Part shown: positions 18,744-29,230 of the stretch, in pieces
How positions within the stretch are numbered: the stretch's first letter is position 1
Layout of the letters: each line of letters begins with the position of its first letter
NCBI GenBank assembly: GCA_964513625.1
Contig: CAZENH010000007.1
Span: forward strand, 4,911-68,910
Direction of reading: 5' to 3'
Source: an uncultured Myxococcales bacterium
GTDB lineage: Bacteria; Myxococcota; B64-G9
DNA: 64,000 nucleotides
Notes under the pieces: generated by a model
Database searches by the model: none
What the model was told of the DNA's origin: nothing
What the model saw: the letters and a program-made list of their open reading frames with translations, nothing else
Program-made: the position numbers and the translations under genes

Positions 18744-18941
18744 CTACTCGGCCTCTTCTGCCTTGTAGCGCACCTTGCCGGCGGCGATTTCCCGAAGTGC
18801 GATGATCGGCATCTTGTTCTTTGCAGACACCAGGGCTCTGGCGCCGTCTAGAAGTTGCCTTGTTCGCTTTGTCGCTAGCAGCACTAAGGCGAAACGATTC
18901 GGAATGTTTCTCAGGCAATCTTCGACCGTGACTCTGGCCAT
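18744..18941 (-). CDS. rpoZ: DNA-directed RNA polymerase subunit omega
   Basis: [30 protein letters not shown] is a canonical RpoZ N-terminus. The table's extended ORF (to 19010) adds 23 non-homologous residues. Confidence 0.85.
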   Translation of the reverse strand: MARVTVEDCLRNIPNRFALVLLATKRTRQLLDGARALVSAKNKMPIIALREIAAGKVRYKAEEAE

Positions 18942-19029
18942 ATGTTGACCTCCCAGATACTCCCCTGCTTTGGGGTTCGTGAATATAAGGCTCGTCCCCT
19001 GAGAGATCAAGTATTTTATTTTCAGCCCG

Positions 19030-20028
19030 TTAGTCTGTCGACGAGCCGGTTTTTGTCTTGCCGCTAACCCCCGAATCGACCCGTGAGAGATTTCTGAACT
19101 GGTATTCGCGGATCTCAGCCAGTGGGCCGGGCGGTTTCACACAACGGGCGTAGAATCTGGTGACACTGTCAGGTTTTTTCACCGAACCAAGTATCACCCG
19201 AGCGAGCGGTCTATCGTCCGGGCCGAAGAGATCCGCTGTTATTTCGGGAGGATCAAGGCCAAAGGTCGCGTTGGAAGCCCTGTTGAGGTCGGGAAAGGCC
19301 ACGGCCCTGAGGGCATGCAGTGTTGTTACCATGCGACCGACGGCGGCCTGATCGGCCGGGCCGCGCTCGGGCCGGAGCATCCACCAGCGCTGCCCGCGGC
19401 TCTGAAACTCCTTGATTTTTCCGTTTATCTTCAGAATCAGCCTGTTGAGTTGGCGAGGCTCGAACGGCAATAGACGCTTGCGGCGCAGGCTAAAGGAGTC
19501 TTTTAAGAGGACTTTTTCAAATTCCCCGGCTACATACAGGATATCCGGTCGCCCTTCTATCTGCAGATAGAGCACGTCCGGAAACTTCCCCCTTGCACCT
19601 ACCAGCAGGACAAGCTTCTTACCCGCGCCGGAAATGAGGGAAATCCTGGCCCGCGGAGGATCGATCCCATAACCGAAATCCGATCGCTCATCGGTCTCGG
19701 TCGCTATACGGCCGGCCATCAGTTTGGATAACGCGCCGAGCAAGGCCGCCACGGCGGTGCCGTCTGTGGCATCCACAACCGGTTGCGTAATCCGCCATCC
19801 GGCGGCAGATCTCTGAATCGTGCAGCTGCTTCCTTCGATGTCGATCTCCAGGCTAGCTATTTCGTTCACGTCGAATGGCAGGATCTTTACGGTCATTTCC
19901 CGTGAGCGTTCTTTTTCCCGGTGTGATCGTCCGGACAATAACACGGCGACTAGCGCCAAGCTCGAGACGATAATGCAACCGATTGCCACTCCAGCCAGGG
20001 CACGAGAACGTCTTGTCATTAAGACCAT
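19030..20028 (-). CDS. DUF4340-domain protein (GldG-associated ABC auxiliary component)
   Basis: It has an N-terminal TM segment followed by a soluble domain. Its position directly after the GldG-like gene is the typical DUF4340 context. Confidence 0.55.
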   Translation of the reverse strand: MVLMTRRSRALAGVAIGCIIVSSLALVAVLLSGRSHREKERSREMTVKILPFDVNEIASLEIDIEGSSCTIQRSAAGWRITQPVVDATDGTAVAALLGALSKLMAGRIATETDERSDFGYGIDPPRARISLISGAGKKLVLLVGARGKFPDVLYLQIEGRPDILYVAGEFEKVLLKDSFSLRRKRLLPFEPRQLNRLILKINGKIKEFQSRGQRWWMLRPERGPADQAAVGRMVTTLHALRAVAFPDLNRASNATFGLDPPEITADLFGPDDRPLARVILGSVKKPDSVTRFYARCVKPPGPLAEIREYQFRNLSRVDSGVSGKTKTGSSTD

Positions 20029-21593
20029 CTCCTGACCCGCCAGATGGTGAAACCCAATATCAGGATCAAAAGCGGCAACAGATCAGTCGTGAAAATAGCA
20101 AGCAGTTGTAATTGCGATCTATCCAGAGCCAGGAGTGAAGCCTCTCTGAAACGCGGATGGATTGCTATCTTGTTCTCGTCGCCAGCCAGCCAAGCCAGGC
20201 TGCTGATGATCAGATCCCGGTTGAGCGGAAACAGGCGGTAGGCCGAATCGTCCAACATTAAAGACGAGCCGAAGACAATCATGCGCGGACCGTTCCGTTG
20301 GCCGGCTCGTGCATCCACGCTTACGGCCAAAGAAAGGGGGCCCTGCAAATCTCGGCCCGCGTCGAATGCGTGATTTTCACGGATAGCCAGCTTGTCGGCT
20401 TCACCCCAGGCCCCGGGGCCGCTAGAGGCCAGTTCGACCACCACCAGATTTCGTGGCGGATCGGGGTTGCGCCTTATGGATCTGGCCAGTGGAAAGACGG
20501 CTTGCAGTCTTCGAAGGCCGGACGCACCTCCGGCAGCCAAACGCTTGAAAACAGGGTGGGCCCTCGGATAACTCCTGGGATCGCTGGCTACCAGCACCGG
20601 GCTGTGACCTCCCGAAACGACGGTGTCTTTGTCCAATATCACACCGTAACCGGAAAGCAGGGCGTCCATAGAAAGGGAGTCGGCGGCGCCGAGAAAGGAC
20701 AGCAACCTGCCTCCGCTGTCGAGATAGCTGCCGATGATCTCCAACTCTGACGGAAGTAGATCACGCTCCGGGCCGGCGATAATCAACACCTTGCAGGGGG
20801 ACGGCATTGCATCAAGCTCAAGCAGTGAGATCTCCGTCGTACGATAGCCATCGTCTCTCAAATCGCCAGCGAATCGGGAGCATGACTTGCCGTCCTGCCT
20901 GCCGTGAATGCCGTACTCCCCGTGACCCGTAAGAAAACAAATTTCTTGCCGTTCGCCTGTGGCGGTTACGGACATGACTGCGTTGGTAATGGCCTGTTCG
21001 GGACATCCATGCACGTTCCTCTCGATTTTTGCTCTTGCCCGTCTGCTCCGACTGCGCACTATCAGGCGTGGACCTCCGTCTCTGATCATATATCGCTCTA
21101 CCAGATCCTGGCGCCGGATCGGATCAATCAGCCGGGCCGAGAATCGGTCGCTGAGCTGACTGTAAAGATCCAGGCAGTCGTCGAGTGACACATACTCGGG
21201 CTCGCGTGGTCCGTAGAAGGCAAGAACCTCGACGTCGGCATCCAGGTTCGCAACTACCCTGCGGGTTTGTTCTGAAAGTGAAAAGACCTGTTGCCTGCTG
21301 AGATCGACACGCCAGGGAAAGGCATGCGCCAAATAGTTAACAATCACCACGCCGGCCAGCGCCATGATGGTGAAGACTACTTCTAATAATCCGAAGAAAA
21401 CAGCGCGTCTCCTCAAGGCAGAAAGAACACCGGCCGGATCCGAGAACATCCAGAATAAAATAGCCAGCGTTCCGAAAATCAGCTTGCCGATGGTTACCCA
21501 TCCGATATGCCAATCCCAGAGGAACAGGGTCAACGGCACCGACAGCAATACAACCAAGCCCGCGATTCCTGCTATATGACAGAGCTTCCTCAC
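20019..21593 (-). CDS. gldG: GldG-like ABC-transporter auxiliary protein (Gldg family)
   Basis: It has an N-terminal TM segment followed by IVNYLAHAFPWRVDLSRQQVFSLSEQTRRVVANLDADVEVLAFY (the GldG signature), a large periplasmic domain and a C-terminal TM. The start is placed at GTG 21593 (GGAG 10 nt upstream), directly after the permease stop. The table ORF to 21803 would overlap the permease by 195 nt. Confidence 0.65.
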   Translation of the reverse strand: MRKLCHIAGIAGLVVLLSVPLTLFLWDWHIGWVTIGKLIFGTLAILFWMFSDPAGVLSALRRRAVFFGLLEVVFTIMALAGVVIVNYLAHAFPWRVDLSRQQVFSLSEQTRRVVANLDADVEVLAFYGPREPEYVSLDDCLDLYSQLSDRFSARLIDPIRRQDLVERYMIRDGGPRLIVRSRSRRARAKIERNVHGCPEQAITNAVMSVTATGERQEICFLTGHGEYGIHGRQDGKSCSRFAGDLRDDGYRTTEISLLELDAMPSPCKVLIIAGPERDLLPSELEIIGSYLDSGGRLLSFLGAADSLSMDALLSGYGVILDKDTVVSGGHSPVLVASDPRSYPRAHPVFKRLAAGGASGLRRLQAVFPLARSIRRNPDPPRNLVVVELASSGPGAWGEADKLAIRENHAFDAGRDLQGPLSLAVSVDARAGQRNGPRMIVFGSSLMLDDSAYRLFPLNRDLIISSLAWLAGDENKIAIHPRFREASLLALDRSQLQLLAIFTTDLLPLLILILGFTIWRVRRWS

Positions 21594-21607
21594 CTTGATT
21601 CTCTCCG

Positions 21608-22387
21608 TTAGCTCCAGTCCCGGGCAGTCAGGGATCGCTGGGTGAGGAAAACAAAGAAAACGGCAAGCGTCAGGTAGTAGACCACATCCCTCGAGTCGAC
21701 AACCCCCTTGGCGAAATTGCGCATGTGTTCGGTCGCGCCGATGCCTTGTAGCACATCGCGGGTAAGGCCGCTGCTGTCTCCGGCCGCCCATCCGGTCACC
21801 CACAGCATGAGAAGGCTACAGAAGGTGACGATCGCGGCCACGATCTGTGATTTTGTCAATGATGATATGAACAGGCCTATGGCGCTGAAGGCTGCTCCGG
21901 CCAAGAAAAGTCCACCCAGACCCGTTGCGACGCTTGGCCACTCGGGACCGGCGCCCTTGGCATAGACGGCCAGAAGCAGCGGCAACGCCCCGGTCAAGAT
22001 CAACATGGCCATGACGATAGTCATGACGCCCAGGTACTTACCCATCACAACCTGGAAAGGGGTAACCGGGCAGGCCCGCAGTAGCTCATGGGTTCTGAAA
22101 CGACGTTCGGCGGCTATCGAGCCCATGGTTATCAGCGGCACAACGAAGATAAACACGACACAGACATTCAGAATCAGCGGCGTAAAAAAGTCATCGGTGA
22201 GATTGAGATACTTTAGAGCCAGTGGTCTGGTCTGAGCGGCGACCATGACACGGCCCTGAAAGTCGGCCAGTAACCTGCAGAAGAAAAATCCGGCCACGAT
22301 GCTGAAGATGGACAGGGCGATGTAGGCAACCGGAGTAGTAAAAGCGATGCGCACCTCCTTGCGATAAATGGCCATCATCTTGCGCAT
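21608..22387 (-). CDS. ABC-2 family permease (GldF-like)
   Basis: The 259-aa ORF has 6 TM segments. Its N-terminus MRKMMAIYRKEVRIAFTTPVAYI is ABC-2/GldF-like. Confidence 0.7.
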   Translation of the reverse strand: MRKMMAIYRKEVRIAFTTPVAYIALSIFSIVAGFFFCRLLADFQGRVMVAAQTRPLALKYLNLTDDFFTPLILNVCVVFIFVVPLITMGSIAAERRFRTHELLRACPVTPFQVVMGKYLGVMTIVMAMLILTGALPLLLAVYAKGAGPEWPSVATGLGGLFLAGAAFSAIGLFISSLTKSQIVAAIVTFCSLLMLWVTGWAAGDSSGLTRDVLQGIGATEHMRNFAKGVVDSRDVVYYLTLAVFFVFLTQRSLTARDWS

Positions 22388-22395
22388 TTTATCTG

Positions 22396-23124
22396 CTACT
22401 CCCTGGTTGCCTGCTGGAAGGCGTTTTCAAGCGAGCCGTAGTCGGTGATGATCTGCTCCAGCTTGTCGTCTAGCATGATCTTGCCGTGATGTATGATCAA
22501 CGCCCGGTTACAAACTTGCAAAACTTCTGAAAGAATGTGAGTCGACAGGATGACGGTGTGATCGACGGCGATTTTCTTGATCAGCGTGCGAACTTCGGCA
22601 ACCTGGTTGGGATCGAGCCCGATGGTCGGTTCATCCAGGATCAAAACCTGCGGATCGGCAAGTAGCGCCTGGGCCAGGCCGATTCTTTGCCGGTAGCCTT
22701 TAGAGAGATTGCCTATTCGTCGCTTACAAACGTCTGTAAGACCGCAGACAGAAAGCACTCGCTGGATTTCGGTGGCAAGATCGTTGCGTGCTAATTCTTT
22801 CAGTCGGCCGATGAAGGACAGGAAGGCAAATACTGAAAGCTCATCGTACAGGGGCGGTGCCTCGGGCATGAATCCGGTACGACGCTTTACCTCTAACGGT
22901 TGCTCAAAGACATCATAGCCTGCAATAATCGCCCTGCCCGAGGTAGCCGCCAATGCTCCTGCCAGCATAAGCAATGATGTCGTTTTCCCGGCACCATTGG
23001 GCCCCAGTACGGCAAGCGTCTCCCCGCGGCCAACCGTAAAGGATATACCGGCAACGGCCGGGATGTCACCGTAGCGCTTGACCAGGTCGACGACTTCAAT
23101 CATTGGCGAATCAAGGGGAGCCAT
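22396..23124 (-). CDS. ABC transporter ATP-binding protein (GldA-like)
   Basis: It has Walker A (GPNGAGKTT), the ABC signature (LSKGYRQRIGLA) and Walker B (ILDEPTIGLD). The start among M1/M14/M21 is uncertain. Confidence 0.8.
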   Translation of the reverse strand: MAPLDSPMIEVVDLVKRYGDIPAVAGISFTVGRGETLAVLGPNGAGKTTSLLMLAGALAATSGRAIIAGYDVFEQPLEVKRRTGFMPEAPPLYDELSVFAFLSFIGRLKELARNDLATEIQRVLSVCGLTDVCKRRIGNLSKGYRQRIGLAQALLADPQVLILDEPTIGLDPNQVAEVRTLIKKIAVDHTVILSTHILSEVLQVCNRALIIHHGKIMLDDKLEQIITDYGSLENAFQQATRE

Positions 23125-23176
23125 GCGACTTATTACATTGGCGCATGCCGGACTTGGTTGCAACCGGCCCAGCTGT

Positions 23177-23968
23177 TTAATGTCGTTGAGCCCGCTCCAT
23201 GGCGATTAAAGCCGCTCCGAGCGCACCTACGATATCGGGTTCGGCAGGCGTCGATATCTTGCAATCCAGGGCGTCACCCAGGGCGCGAACCACGCCCGGA
23301 TTTCGCGCTACACCGCCTGACATTGCAATCTTGAGTCCCTGGCTCGCCGGCGCCACGCGCCTGACCAAGGCCAGTGTACGATTGGCAATCGCCCGGTGCA
23401 GGCCGCGCACGATCTCGGACACCTCGGCGCCCTCGGCAATCAGGGACACGACCTCGCTTTCCGCGAAAACCGTACACATGCTGGAGAGAGTGACATTCCC
23501 CAAAGCCCCTCGATCGAGATCTCCCAACTGGTCGACGCCGATCTCCAGCGCTCGGGCCATGGCTTCCAAAAAGCGGCCGGTTCCTGCAGCGCACTTATCG
23601 TTCATGGCAAACTCCATCACGTTGCCTTTGCCGTCCAGTCGCATGGATTTGCTGTCCTGTCCTCCGATGTCCACCAACAACTCGGTACCCGGCAGGAGCG
23701 CCTGGATACCTCTGGCGTGGCAGGTGATCTCGGTAACCGCTGCCAGTCTTCCCTCCACCCGGTCGCGGCCGTAGCCGGTGGCAATCAATGCCTCGACTCC
23801 TGATTCGGTGAGGCCGACCCGCTCGAGGACTTCGGCCCGCGCTCGCATTATTGACTCGATGTTGCGGGCCCCGGTTGGGACAACCGTCCAGCCAATGAGC
23901 TTACCCTTGTCGTCTATGACAACTGCATCACAGGAAAGACTACCGACATCCACTCCTAAAAATGGCAT
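23177..23968 (-). CDS. 2-hydroxyacyl-CoA dehydratase activator / CoA-substrate-specific enzyme activase (HgdC/BcrAD family)
   Basis: The 263-aa ORF has [23 protein letters not shown] and [13 protein letters not shown] (cluster-ligating Cys). This is the typical ATP-dependent electron-transfer activase. Confidence 0.8.
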   Translation of the reverse strand: MPFLGVDVGSLSCDAVVIDDKGKLIGWTVVPTGARNIESIMRARAEVLERVGLTESGVEALIATGYGRDRVEGRLAAVTEITCHARGIQALLPGTELLVDIGGQDSKSMRLDGKGNVMEFAMNDKCAAGTGRFLEAMARALEIGVDQLGDLDRGALGNVTLSSMCTVFAESEVVSLIAEGAEVSEIVRGLHRAIANRTLALVRRVAPASQGLKIAMSGGVARNPGVVRALGDALDCKISTPAEPDIVGALGAALIAMERAQRH

Positions 23969-23978
23969 CGGAAGTTCC

Positions 23979-25208
23979 TCAGTTCAACCAGGAAGATTTA
24001 CGTCGAGCCAGGGTCTCCATGAAAGCCTCCAGACGAGTCTTGAGCTGACCCTCGGAAAAATTTCGCGGATCGACACAATCGACTTCCAGGTTCAAGGTCG
24101 GCACGCCGGCATCTCTCAAGCCTCTTTCCAGCAAACCGCGCGCGCCAGTTCCCTGGCGGCAGCCCCAATGGCAAGGATTGATCGCACCATCAACCTGGTA
24201 GTCTCGCGCAAGGCGCGTAAGCACCTGCAGGCGGTGTTCGGCCGGGCCACAAAAAGAAACCGACAGCGCCCGACGGGCCATGCCCGTGAACGGATCTTCC
24301 GGATCGATTGGATCCCAGTTGATGTCGTTGAGTTCATCGGCCACAACCGCTGCTCCGTACTCCTGCTCGAGCAGTTTCTCGAGAGGATTTGTGAACTGGA
24401 TGCGGTTTTGAATCCATAGAAGTCTCAGGCGTTCATTGGGCAAGCCAGGATTTTTCGTGGCGACCTTTTCGGCGAATTCGTTGCGGTATGCCTCGACCAC
24501 TTCAACACCGCCGGGAGAGCCCAGAAAAAGCGCAGAGACAATGCCGAAGTTCGCGAGATCCCTGCGTCGGGCCGGGGTGGGCACCTGGCGGGCCAAGCGA
24601 TAGATTTCGAGCGTGAGTTCCCGCATACGGTTGGTGCGGTCGACGACTTCGCGCAAATGCCCAGGATCGAGCTGACGTCCGGTTTGTCTTGCCACGAAAT
24701 GGGGCAGCTCCCGAAATTGATCCGCCAGATAGGCAATGGCCTCGGATGAATCGTCGTTCGGCACGTGGATTGTGTACATCTCCTTGCCGTAATGGCCGGC
24801 GAGATTTTCGATCGAAGCCAGTCCGGCCGAGCAGACGGCGGAAGTGCCTATCAGGAAGTCGGGTTCGGGCATCAGCCCCTGGGCCATGGCTCCGTAGACC
24901 GCACGATGGTAACTGCAGCCGTCGGTAGAGTATCCGAGTTGCTCGGACTGCTCCATCATCGGCCCAATCGTTCCGGTTGAAGCCAGCATGGCACCAACGA
25001 ACTCCACGAAACAGGATCTCACTCCCATGGCATGTAGCAAGTCAAAGGGAGCCAAGATACCGCACCAGGCTACGGTTCCGTCTCTTGAATACAAGCCCCT
25101 GCCAAGGTGGGCCAATTCCAGGGCAAAGCGACTGCGCGCCGAAGACTTGCCGAGTTCCTGTTTGGCCTCAATTCCCGAGATCATGTCGTTGAAATATTCG
25201 AGCATCAT
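23979..25208 (-). CDS. 2-hydroxyacyl-CoA dehydratase family subunit (HgdA/HgdB-like, PF06050)
   Basis: The 409-aa ORF has conserved Cys residues (SFCGP...NPCHWGCR). It overlaps the upstream subunit by 4 nt (ATGA coupling). Confidence 0.7.
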   Translation of the reverse strand: MMLEYFNDMISGIEAKQELGKSSARSRFALELAHLGRGLYSRDGTVAWCGILAPFDLLHAMGVRSCFVEFVGAMLASTGTIGPMMEQSEQLGYSTDGCSYHRAVYGAMAQGLMPEPDFLIGTSAVCSAGLASIENLAGHYGKEMYTIHVPNDDSSEAIAYLADQFRELPHFVARQTGRQLDPGHLREVVDRTNRMRELTLEIYRLARQVPTPARRRDLANFGIVSALFLGSPGGVEVVEAYRNEFAEKVATKNPGLPNERLRLLWIQNRIQFTNPLEKLLEQEYGAAVVADELNDINWDPIDPEDPFTGMARRALSVSFCGPAEHRLQVLTRLARDYQVDGAINPCHWGCRQGTGARGLLERGLRDAGVPTLNLEVDCVDPRNFSEGQLKTRLEAFMETLARRKSSWLN

Positions 25209-26266
25209 GATGGACTCCCTCCAATCATCTCGACGAAAGCCTCGATCCGGGTTCGCTGCTGGCCCAGCGAGCGCTGCGTACAGTCCCCCTCGATTGCCAG
25301 AAGAGGTATCCCGGCACTCCTCAGGGTTTCACGTATGACGGGCATCCGCACCAGATAGGGATCACAGAACTTCATGACATGGGCGATCACGCCTTTTGCT
25401 CCGCATTCTTGCGCCATGGTCAGAATCCGCCTTCCGTGTTCGCCCGGCTCTAATGACGGAAGCGAGCGTGCACAGGCCGGGCGAGATAGTAGCGCTCGCG
25501 CGAGGTCGCCCCAGGCGGTGGCAGCTGCGGAAGCATCGAGCTCGCACAACTGCCGCGAACCACTGCAGAGATCGTCAAGAACGACACGTACACCGCACGA
25601 GGCGAGCATTTCGAAAGCTTCGGGATCAGGCAAGACGTTACCGAATACGAAGACAGGCACCAGAGCTTTTTTCTTGAGTTCGTTTTCTTGAAGAAGTTGG
25701 TCGACCATTGCCGGAATCTCATCAACCGGGGACGTCACCGAAAGGTTGAACAGGTTCTGCAAGGCTCGTCTGCCACCTCGCAACTCGCCCGCGACGGCAG
25801 ATTCTGAAGCCCGCCCCAGCGCCGTCACGGCCCGGTTGTACTTTTTAACGCTCGAGACGATCCCGGCGCCCGTCACACGCTCGCCGCCCATGGAGCCAAG
25901 CCAAGTAGCCAGCTTTTTGATCTCTCTTGTGAAATATACCGCGGAGCGGTCGTCCGCACCGATCGGTAAATCCAGAATCATGATGGGATCTGTCGACCGG
26001 GCACTACGCCAGGCATCGGCCAGGCGTCGCATTGCATCGCACGAGTTCATGAAAACAACGCCCTGCAGATCGGGTAAATTTCCAGAAAGTGCCCGATCAA
26101 GAATCTTTTTGACATGCGGGCACATGTTGTCGTGTAGAAGCATCCCGGCCTGGTCTGCGGCATTGCCCAAGGGCAGAATCCGGTGCGGCGTGAAACCGGC
26201 AGCATCAATAACGGCCAGCGGCGTGTAGGCGCACGTAAAGCCGATCTTGCGATTTTCTTCTTTCAT
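25205..26266 (-). CDS. 2-hydroxyacyl-CoA dehydratase family subunit (partner subunit)
   Basis: The 353-aa ORF has an HgdB-like pattern (GFTCAYTPLAVIDAAGFTP, NSCDAMRRL, KFCDPY). It is first in the operon after the MarR gene. Confidence 0.7.
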   Translation of the reverse strand: MKEENRKIGFTCAYTPLAVIDAAGFTPHRILPLGNAADQAGMLLHDNMCPHVKKILDRALSGNLPDLQGVVFMNSCDAMRRLADAWRSARSTDPIMILDLPIGADDRSAVYFTREIKKLATWLGSMGGERVTGAGIVSSVKKYNRAVTALGRASESAVAGELRGGRRALQNLFNLSVTSPVDEIPAMVDQLLQENELKKKALVPVFVFGNVLPDPEAFEMLASCGVRVVLDDLCSGSRQLCELDASAAATAWGDLARALLSRPACARSLPSLEPGEHGRRILTMAQECGAKGVIAHVMKFCDPYLVRMPVIRETLRSAGIPLLAIEGDCTQRSLGQQRTRIEAFVEMIGGSPS

Positions 26267-26715
26267 TATTCGCTCAATTTGTGAGTGTTGGCCAGTACCC
26301 GTCGAAGTGACTCTTTCAATTTCTCGATATCGCCCTCGTCGACGCCTTCGAGCATGTGCTTTAGAGTTCTATCGAGCACCTCGAGGACGGAGCCTTTGAC
26401 CTTCAGGCCAGACATGGTCAACTGAATCCGCAATGCGCGCCGATCGTCCGGATCGGCCTTGCGAACCACAAGCAAGTCGCGTTCCATTCGATCAAGCAAA
26501 CCGGTCATAGAAGACGGTTCGAGCCCGGCCCGCCGTCCAAGTTCGACTGCCTTAAGGTTGTTTTCCATCCACAGGCTCATTAAAACTCCCAGATAAGCAG
26601 GTCGCACATGGGCCACTCCGGCGCGGGCCAATTCCCTCTTCAGATATGTCGTGGCCACTAGACTGGCTCGGGTAATCAGGTAGTAGGGACATTCGCTGAC
26701 TTCTATGAATTCCAA
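26266..26715 (-). CDS. MarR-family transcriptional regulator
   Basis: The 149-aa ORF has a winged-helix MarR core (AHVRPAYLGVLMSLWMENNLKAVELGRRAGLEPSSMTGLLDRMERDLLVVRKADPDDRRALRIQLT). Confidence 0.8.
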   Translation of the reverse strand: MEFIEVSECPYYLITRASLVATTYLKRELARAGVAHVRPAYLGVLMSLWMENNLKAVELGRRAGLEPSSMTGLLDRMERDLLVVRKADPDDRRALRIQLTMSGLKVKGSVLEVLDRTLKHMLEGVDEGDIEKLKESLRRVLANTHKLSE

Positions 26716-26752
26716 GTGATTCTCTCCTTGCGTAATGTTTGTATATATATAT

Positions 26753-26764
26753 TACGTATACGTA
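26753..26764. promoter_or_regulatory. Perfect 12-bp palindrome TACGTATACGTA in an AT-rich divergent promoter region, candidate MarR operator
   Basis: Read directly from the sequence. It lies 38 nt upstream of the marR start codon in the only AT-rich stretch for several kb. Confidence 0.4.
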
Positions 26765-26859
26765 GTATATGTCAACAAAAATATGCGCACATCTGTTTGG
26801 TCCATCTCGTCTTGGCTCTCGACACCCCTCCCTCGCACATTGACGAAACCATGTGAGTT

Positions 26860-28437
26860 TTGCTAACGTGGTTCGGCATGCAAGAAGAACGCAAGCTATA
26901 TCTGCCCTATCTGCTGAGCGCCTTGGGTCAAGCCTCTTTCGAGGGAGGCTTGACATTGATAGAAGGAGATGTAGAAAGGACGGTACTCTTCAGATCCGGC
27001 GCACCAGTAAGTGTTTCATCGAGATTGCAGGATGAAACACTTGGACGCATTTTGCTCAACGAGGGAAAGATCAGTAGCGAGGAATACGACAAGCTTCTAG
27101 CCACAATGGTCCAGACTCACCAGCGTGCAGGAGAGGTCTTGATTGCCCTGGGCTTGCTTGGCCCGCAGGAGGTCTTTTCCGCCCTCGAGTACCAGACACG
27201 CGTCAAGCTGCTCAACTGCTTCAAGATGATGGACTTCGGATTCTCCATCCAAGAGAAAAAAGTTGCGCTGGAGATGACGATATCAAAAACCAATCTTTCT
27301 GTCGTGATAATGGAGGGAATTCAGAAAACATTTTCCGTCGATCGAATCCTTACCGAGTTTCCGGTGGATGAGGAAACAAACTTTATGAAAATCGAGCGAG
27401 GGCCACAGCAATCGCTGCGAATGGATACTCGCGAAAGCAGGATCGTGCAAGCTATCGGTTCGGGTACACCACTGGTGAAGTTGATGTCCGTCGAGGAAGA
27501 TCTGCAGTTTTTACTGTCAGTGCTCTACGGCATGCACGCGCTTGAGATCATTGAGGCCTCGGGAGTCGCCCGTCCCAGCACCAAAGACCTCGAACTGGAC
27601 GTTTCAGGCAACCGGAGAACGCCTGCCAGAAAAATTAAGCCTACACAGCCCGCTAAACCGGTCGAACCAACAATGCAGGAATTCAACTACAATTTTCGGC
27701 CCCCGACCTTGACCGACGCCTTGAGTTCTAGACAAGTCGACTCAGCGCTGGCAGAGAAAATACTGGTCCTCGACACGGATGACTATTTCGCCATTCTCGA
27801 GATCGAACATGACGCAAAGGCCCAGGACATCGAGAATGCCTACTATAAAGTGCTTCAGGATTTTCGGTTGCAGGATATCGAGGCATCATATTCCAGTGAG
27901 CGTGAACGAGAGCTCGCTTCACAGCTGCTTGACAGGGCAACACTTGCACATCGCACACTGTCTGAGGACGAAAGCCGCGCCGCGTACGTGAAATCTCTCA
28001 AGGCCTCCGGAAGCAAAAAGCATATTGAGATTCCGCCACGCCTGTTGGCTGACGTGGAGGCCCAAAAGGGCAAGCTGGCGATCGGTGTCAAGCACTACCA
28101 GGATGCCATGGAGCTTTTCGACAAGGCCATCGGTCTATATCCAAAGGAACCAAGCTACCATTTCAAGTTTGGCACAGCCGCTTATTTCAAGGCGCTCGAT
28201 GAGACGCCTGCGGATCAGCCCTTGGCGGACAAAGTCCGCAAACCCTTTCTGAAGGCCATCGCGATCGACCCGGCCTATGACCAGGCGCGAATGTATCTTG
28301 GGTATATCTCCAAGCGTAACGGCGAATACGAGCGGGCCTTGAAAGAATTCAGCAGCGCCCTGCATTACAACCCCGGAAACCGCAGGGCCAATTCAGAGGT
28401 TCGCTTGCTGAAAAAGCGCTTGGAAACTATTAAATAA
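26860..28437 (+). CDS. DUF4388 domain + degenerate J-like domain (no HPD) + TPR protein (paralog of 16714..18339)
   Basis: It has the same architecture as 16714..18339. The DUF4388 N-terminus is LYLPYLLSALGQASFEGGLTLIEGD. The J-like segment (DYFAILEIEHDAKAQDIENAYYKVLQDF...) lacks HPD. The C-terminus has TPR/Sel1-like repeats. Confidence 0.6.
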   Translation: MLTWFGMQEERKLYLPYLLSALGQASFEGGLTLIEGDVERTVLFRSGAPVSVSSRLQDETLGRILLNEGKISSEEYDKLLATMVQTHQRAGEVLIALGLLGPQEVFSALEYQTRVKLLNCFKMMDFGFSIQEKKVALEMTISKTNLSVVIMEGIQKTFSVDRILTEFPVDEETNFMKIERGPQQSLRMDTRESRIVQAIGSGTPLVKLMSVEEDLQFLLSVLYGMHALEIIEASGVARPSTKDLELDVSGNRRTPARKIKPTQPAKPVEPTMQEFNYNFRPPTLTDALSSRQVDSALAEKILVLDTDDYFAILEIEHDAKAQDIENAYYKVLQDFRLQDIEASYSSERERELASQLLDRATLAHRTLSEDESRAAYVKSLKASGSKKHIEIPPRLLADVEAQKGKLAIGVKHYQDAMELFDKAIGLYPKEPSYHFKFGTAAYFKALDETPADQPLADKVRKPFLKAIAIDPAYDQARMYLGYISKRNGEYERALKEFSSALHYNPGNRRANSEVRLLKKRLETIK

Positions 28438-28456
28438 ATAATGGGAAGCACGTGAT

Positions 28457-29230
28457 ATGACTTCCGCCAAGCAGGAGAAAAAGCTCATCGCCGTATTTGA
28501 CCCGGTCGCTCGCTCGCGGGAGCTTCTGGGAGAGTTTCTCGACCGCATGGGTTATCAGGTAGAACTGCACACAACCTCCGGAAAGATTTCCAGACTGGTC
28601 AAGGGACGGGATGCCGATTTGATTGTTGTAAACCTAGCTGTTTTTGGCAGCAACTACACCGAGGTCATCACCGAATTGGAGAGGCTCGGGCTGGCTGGCG
28701 ATGAAAAACCGCCCATTTTAGCCGTGACTTCACTGAGCATTTCCAGAGAAGCCCGTGGGCGCATCGAACAACTCGGCGCCCAGATCGTCATAGATCAGAA
28801 GGCTCCCTTCATGGAACTCGTCTTTTCGGTCAATTTGTTGCTGTTTCCAAAGATGAGGGAATTACGCCAGTACGCGCGCGTTTTTGGAGGTTTTCCAATA
28901 CAGTACCTGCAGGCCGGTGAGTGGCATGCGGGAAAAGTGTACAATATCAGTCGCCAGGGGGCCTTCATTCAGTGTGACGATCCACCCGCGGAAAACACTC
29001 GCCTCGACGTACGCTTTGTCTTACCCGGTCGGGATGATCGAATGAGAGTCGCGGCCAACGTGAATTGGGTGAATACGCCCGCCAACGGGTCTGATTCTTT
29101 GGCGCCCTACGGCATGGGGGTTAGTTTCCTGGTTCTCGACCGGGAAGACAGTACCTCGCTCGACCAGTTCATCAGCGAAAGGGTCAACGGTAACGATCCT
29201 TCCGGCGAATCTTCTCCATCTTGCGCTTGA
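28457..29230 (+). CDS. Degenerate receiver (Asp->Asn at phospho-site) + PilZ domain protein
   Basis: The REC-like N-terminus (KKLIAVFDPV...DLIVVNL) has N in place of the phospho-accepting Asp. The C-terminal PilZ has RxxxR (RELRQYAR) and NISRQGAFI (D/NxSxGG). Confidence 0.6.
   Translation: MTSAKQEKKLIAVFDPVARSRELLGEFLDRMGYQVELHTTSGKISRLVKGRDADLIVVNLAVFGSNYTEVITELERLGLAGDEKPPILAVTSLSISREARGRIEQLGAQIVIDQKAPFMELVFSVNLLLFPKMRELRQYARVFGGFPIQYLQAGEWHAGKVYNISRQGAFIQCDDPPAENTRLDVRFVLPGRDDRMRVAANVNWVNTPANGSDSLAPYGMGVSFLVLDREDSTSLDQFISERVNGNDPSGESSPSCA

Noticed and set aside
21594-21803. N-terminal 70-aa extension of the GldG-like ORF
   Set aside because: It would overlap the upstream permease gene by 195 nt in another frame. 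A GTG with GGAG at 21593 directly after the permease stop gives a canonical GldG N-terminus.
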